Assembly: GCA_019358935.1 (NCBI GenBank)
Contig: JAHHIK010000117.1
Span: forward strand, 1 to 26,095
Reading direction: 5' to 3'
DNA from: Tolypothrix carrinoi HA7290-LM1
Lineage (GTDB): Bacteria > Cyanobacteriota > Cyanobacteriia > Cyanobacteriales > Nostocaceae
Length of the DNA: 26,095 bases
Made by a program: the position numbers and the translations under genes. Position 1 is the stretch's first letter. Each line of letters starts with the position of its first letter. Positions 25,835-26,095 of this stretch are shown in pieces. Under the pieces are notes generated by a model, which was given only the letters and a program-made list of their open reading frames with translations, made no database searches and was not told the DNA's origin.

Positions 25835-26095
25835 TGCGTTTTGTCAGACTGAGGAATTGCATATATTGAAACACGACTCAAGAGATTTCACTCTTTGTAC
25901 AATCTGTAGTGATTCAAACTACAACAGCATTGTTGTCAATTACATAAATTTTCAGTGAAATCTTGATAAATAACCTAAGTTGCTAGTTATTGATTTAGGC
26001 GATCGCTTTGGGACAGTAAAGCAATAAAATGCCCTCCAAGAAGAGAAAATAAGGAGGGCTAGATGCTAAACGAAATAATTTCCATATATGCTATC

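Noticed and set aside
25107..25958. Plus-strand ORFs 25107-25427 and 25524-25958
   Set aside because: Antisense to the well-supported DAACS transporter.

Overview
Chromosomal window from a heterocyst-forming cyanobacterium (Nostocales-like), judged from abundant HIP1 GCGATCGC sites, heptamer STRR tracts and a flv3B-flv1B pair. Core genes, in order: the 3' end of an IS200/IS605 tnpB element, a LysR/GNAT/cupin/DUF442-like cluster, rnhA, cruF-cruG, a membrane protein, flv3B-flv1B and a DAACS symporter. Two accessory blocks stand out. (1) 2523-9312: a Phd-VapC toxin-antitoxin pair sits divergent from an overlapping three-gene operon. The operon encodes a 19-20-TPR + CHAT protease with intact His/Cys motifs, a 140-aa helical protein and a 459-aa coiled-coil protein with two C-terminal TM helices. 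It is a candidate protease-triggered membrane-effector defence system of CATRA-like architecture. (2) 17652-23666: a ~6 kb island bracketed by a 76/77-bp duplication of the flv1B 3' end. It carries a broken TPR-CHAT gene, a doubly broken caspase/alpha-beta-hydrolase gene, a MITE, a candidate sRNA and a lectin-like gene. Several small palindromic repeats lie in-frame inside proteins. All family assignments come from motif recognition by eye; no database search was run.
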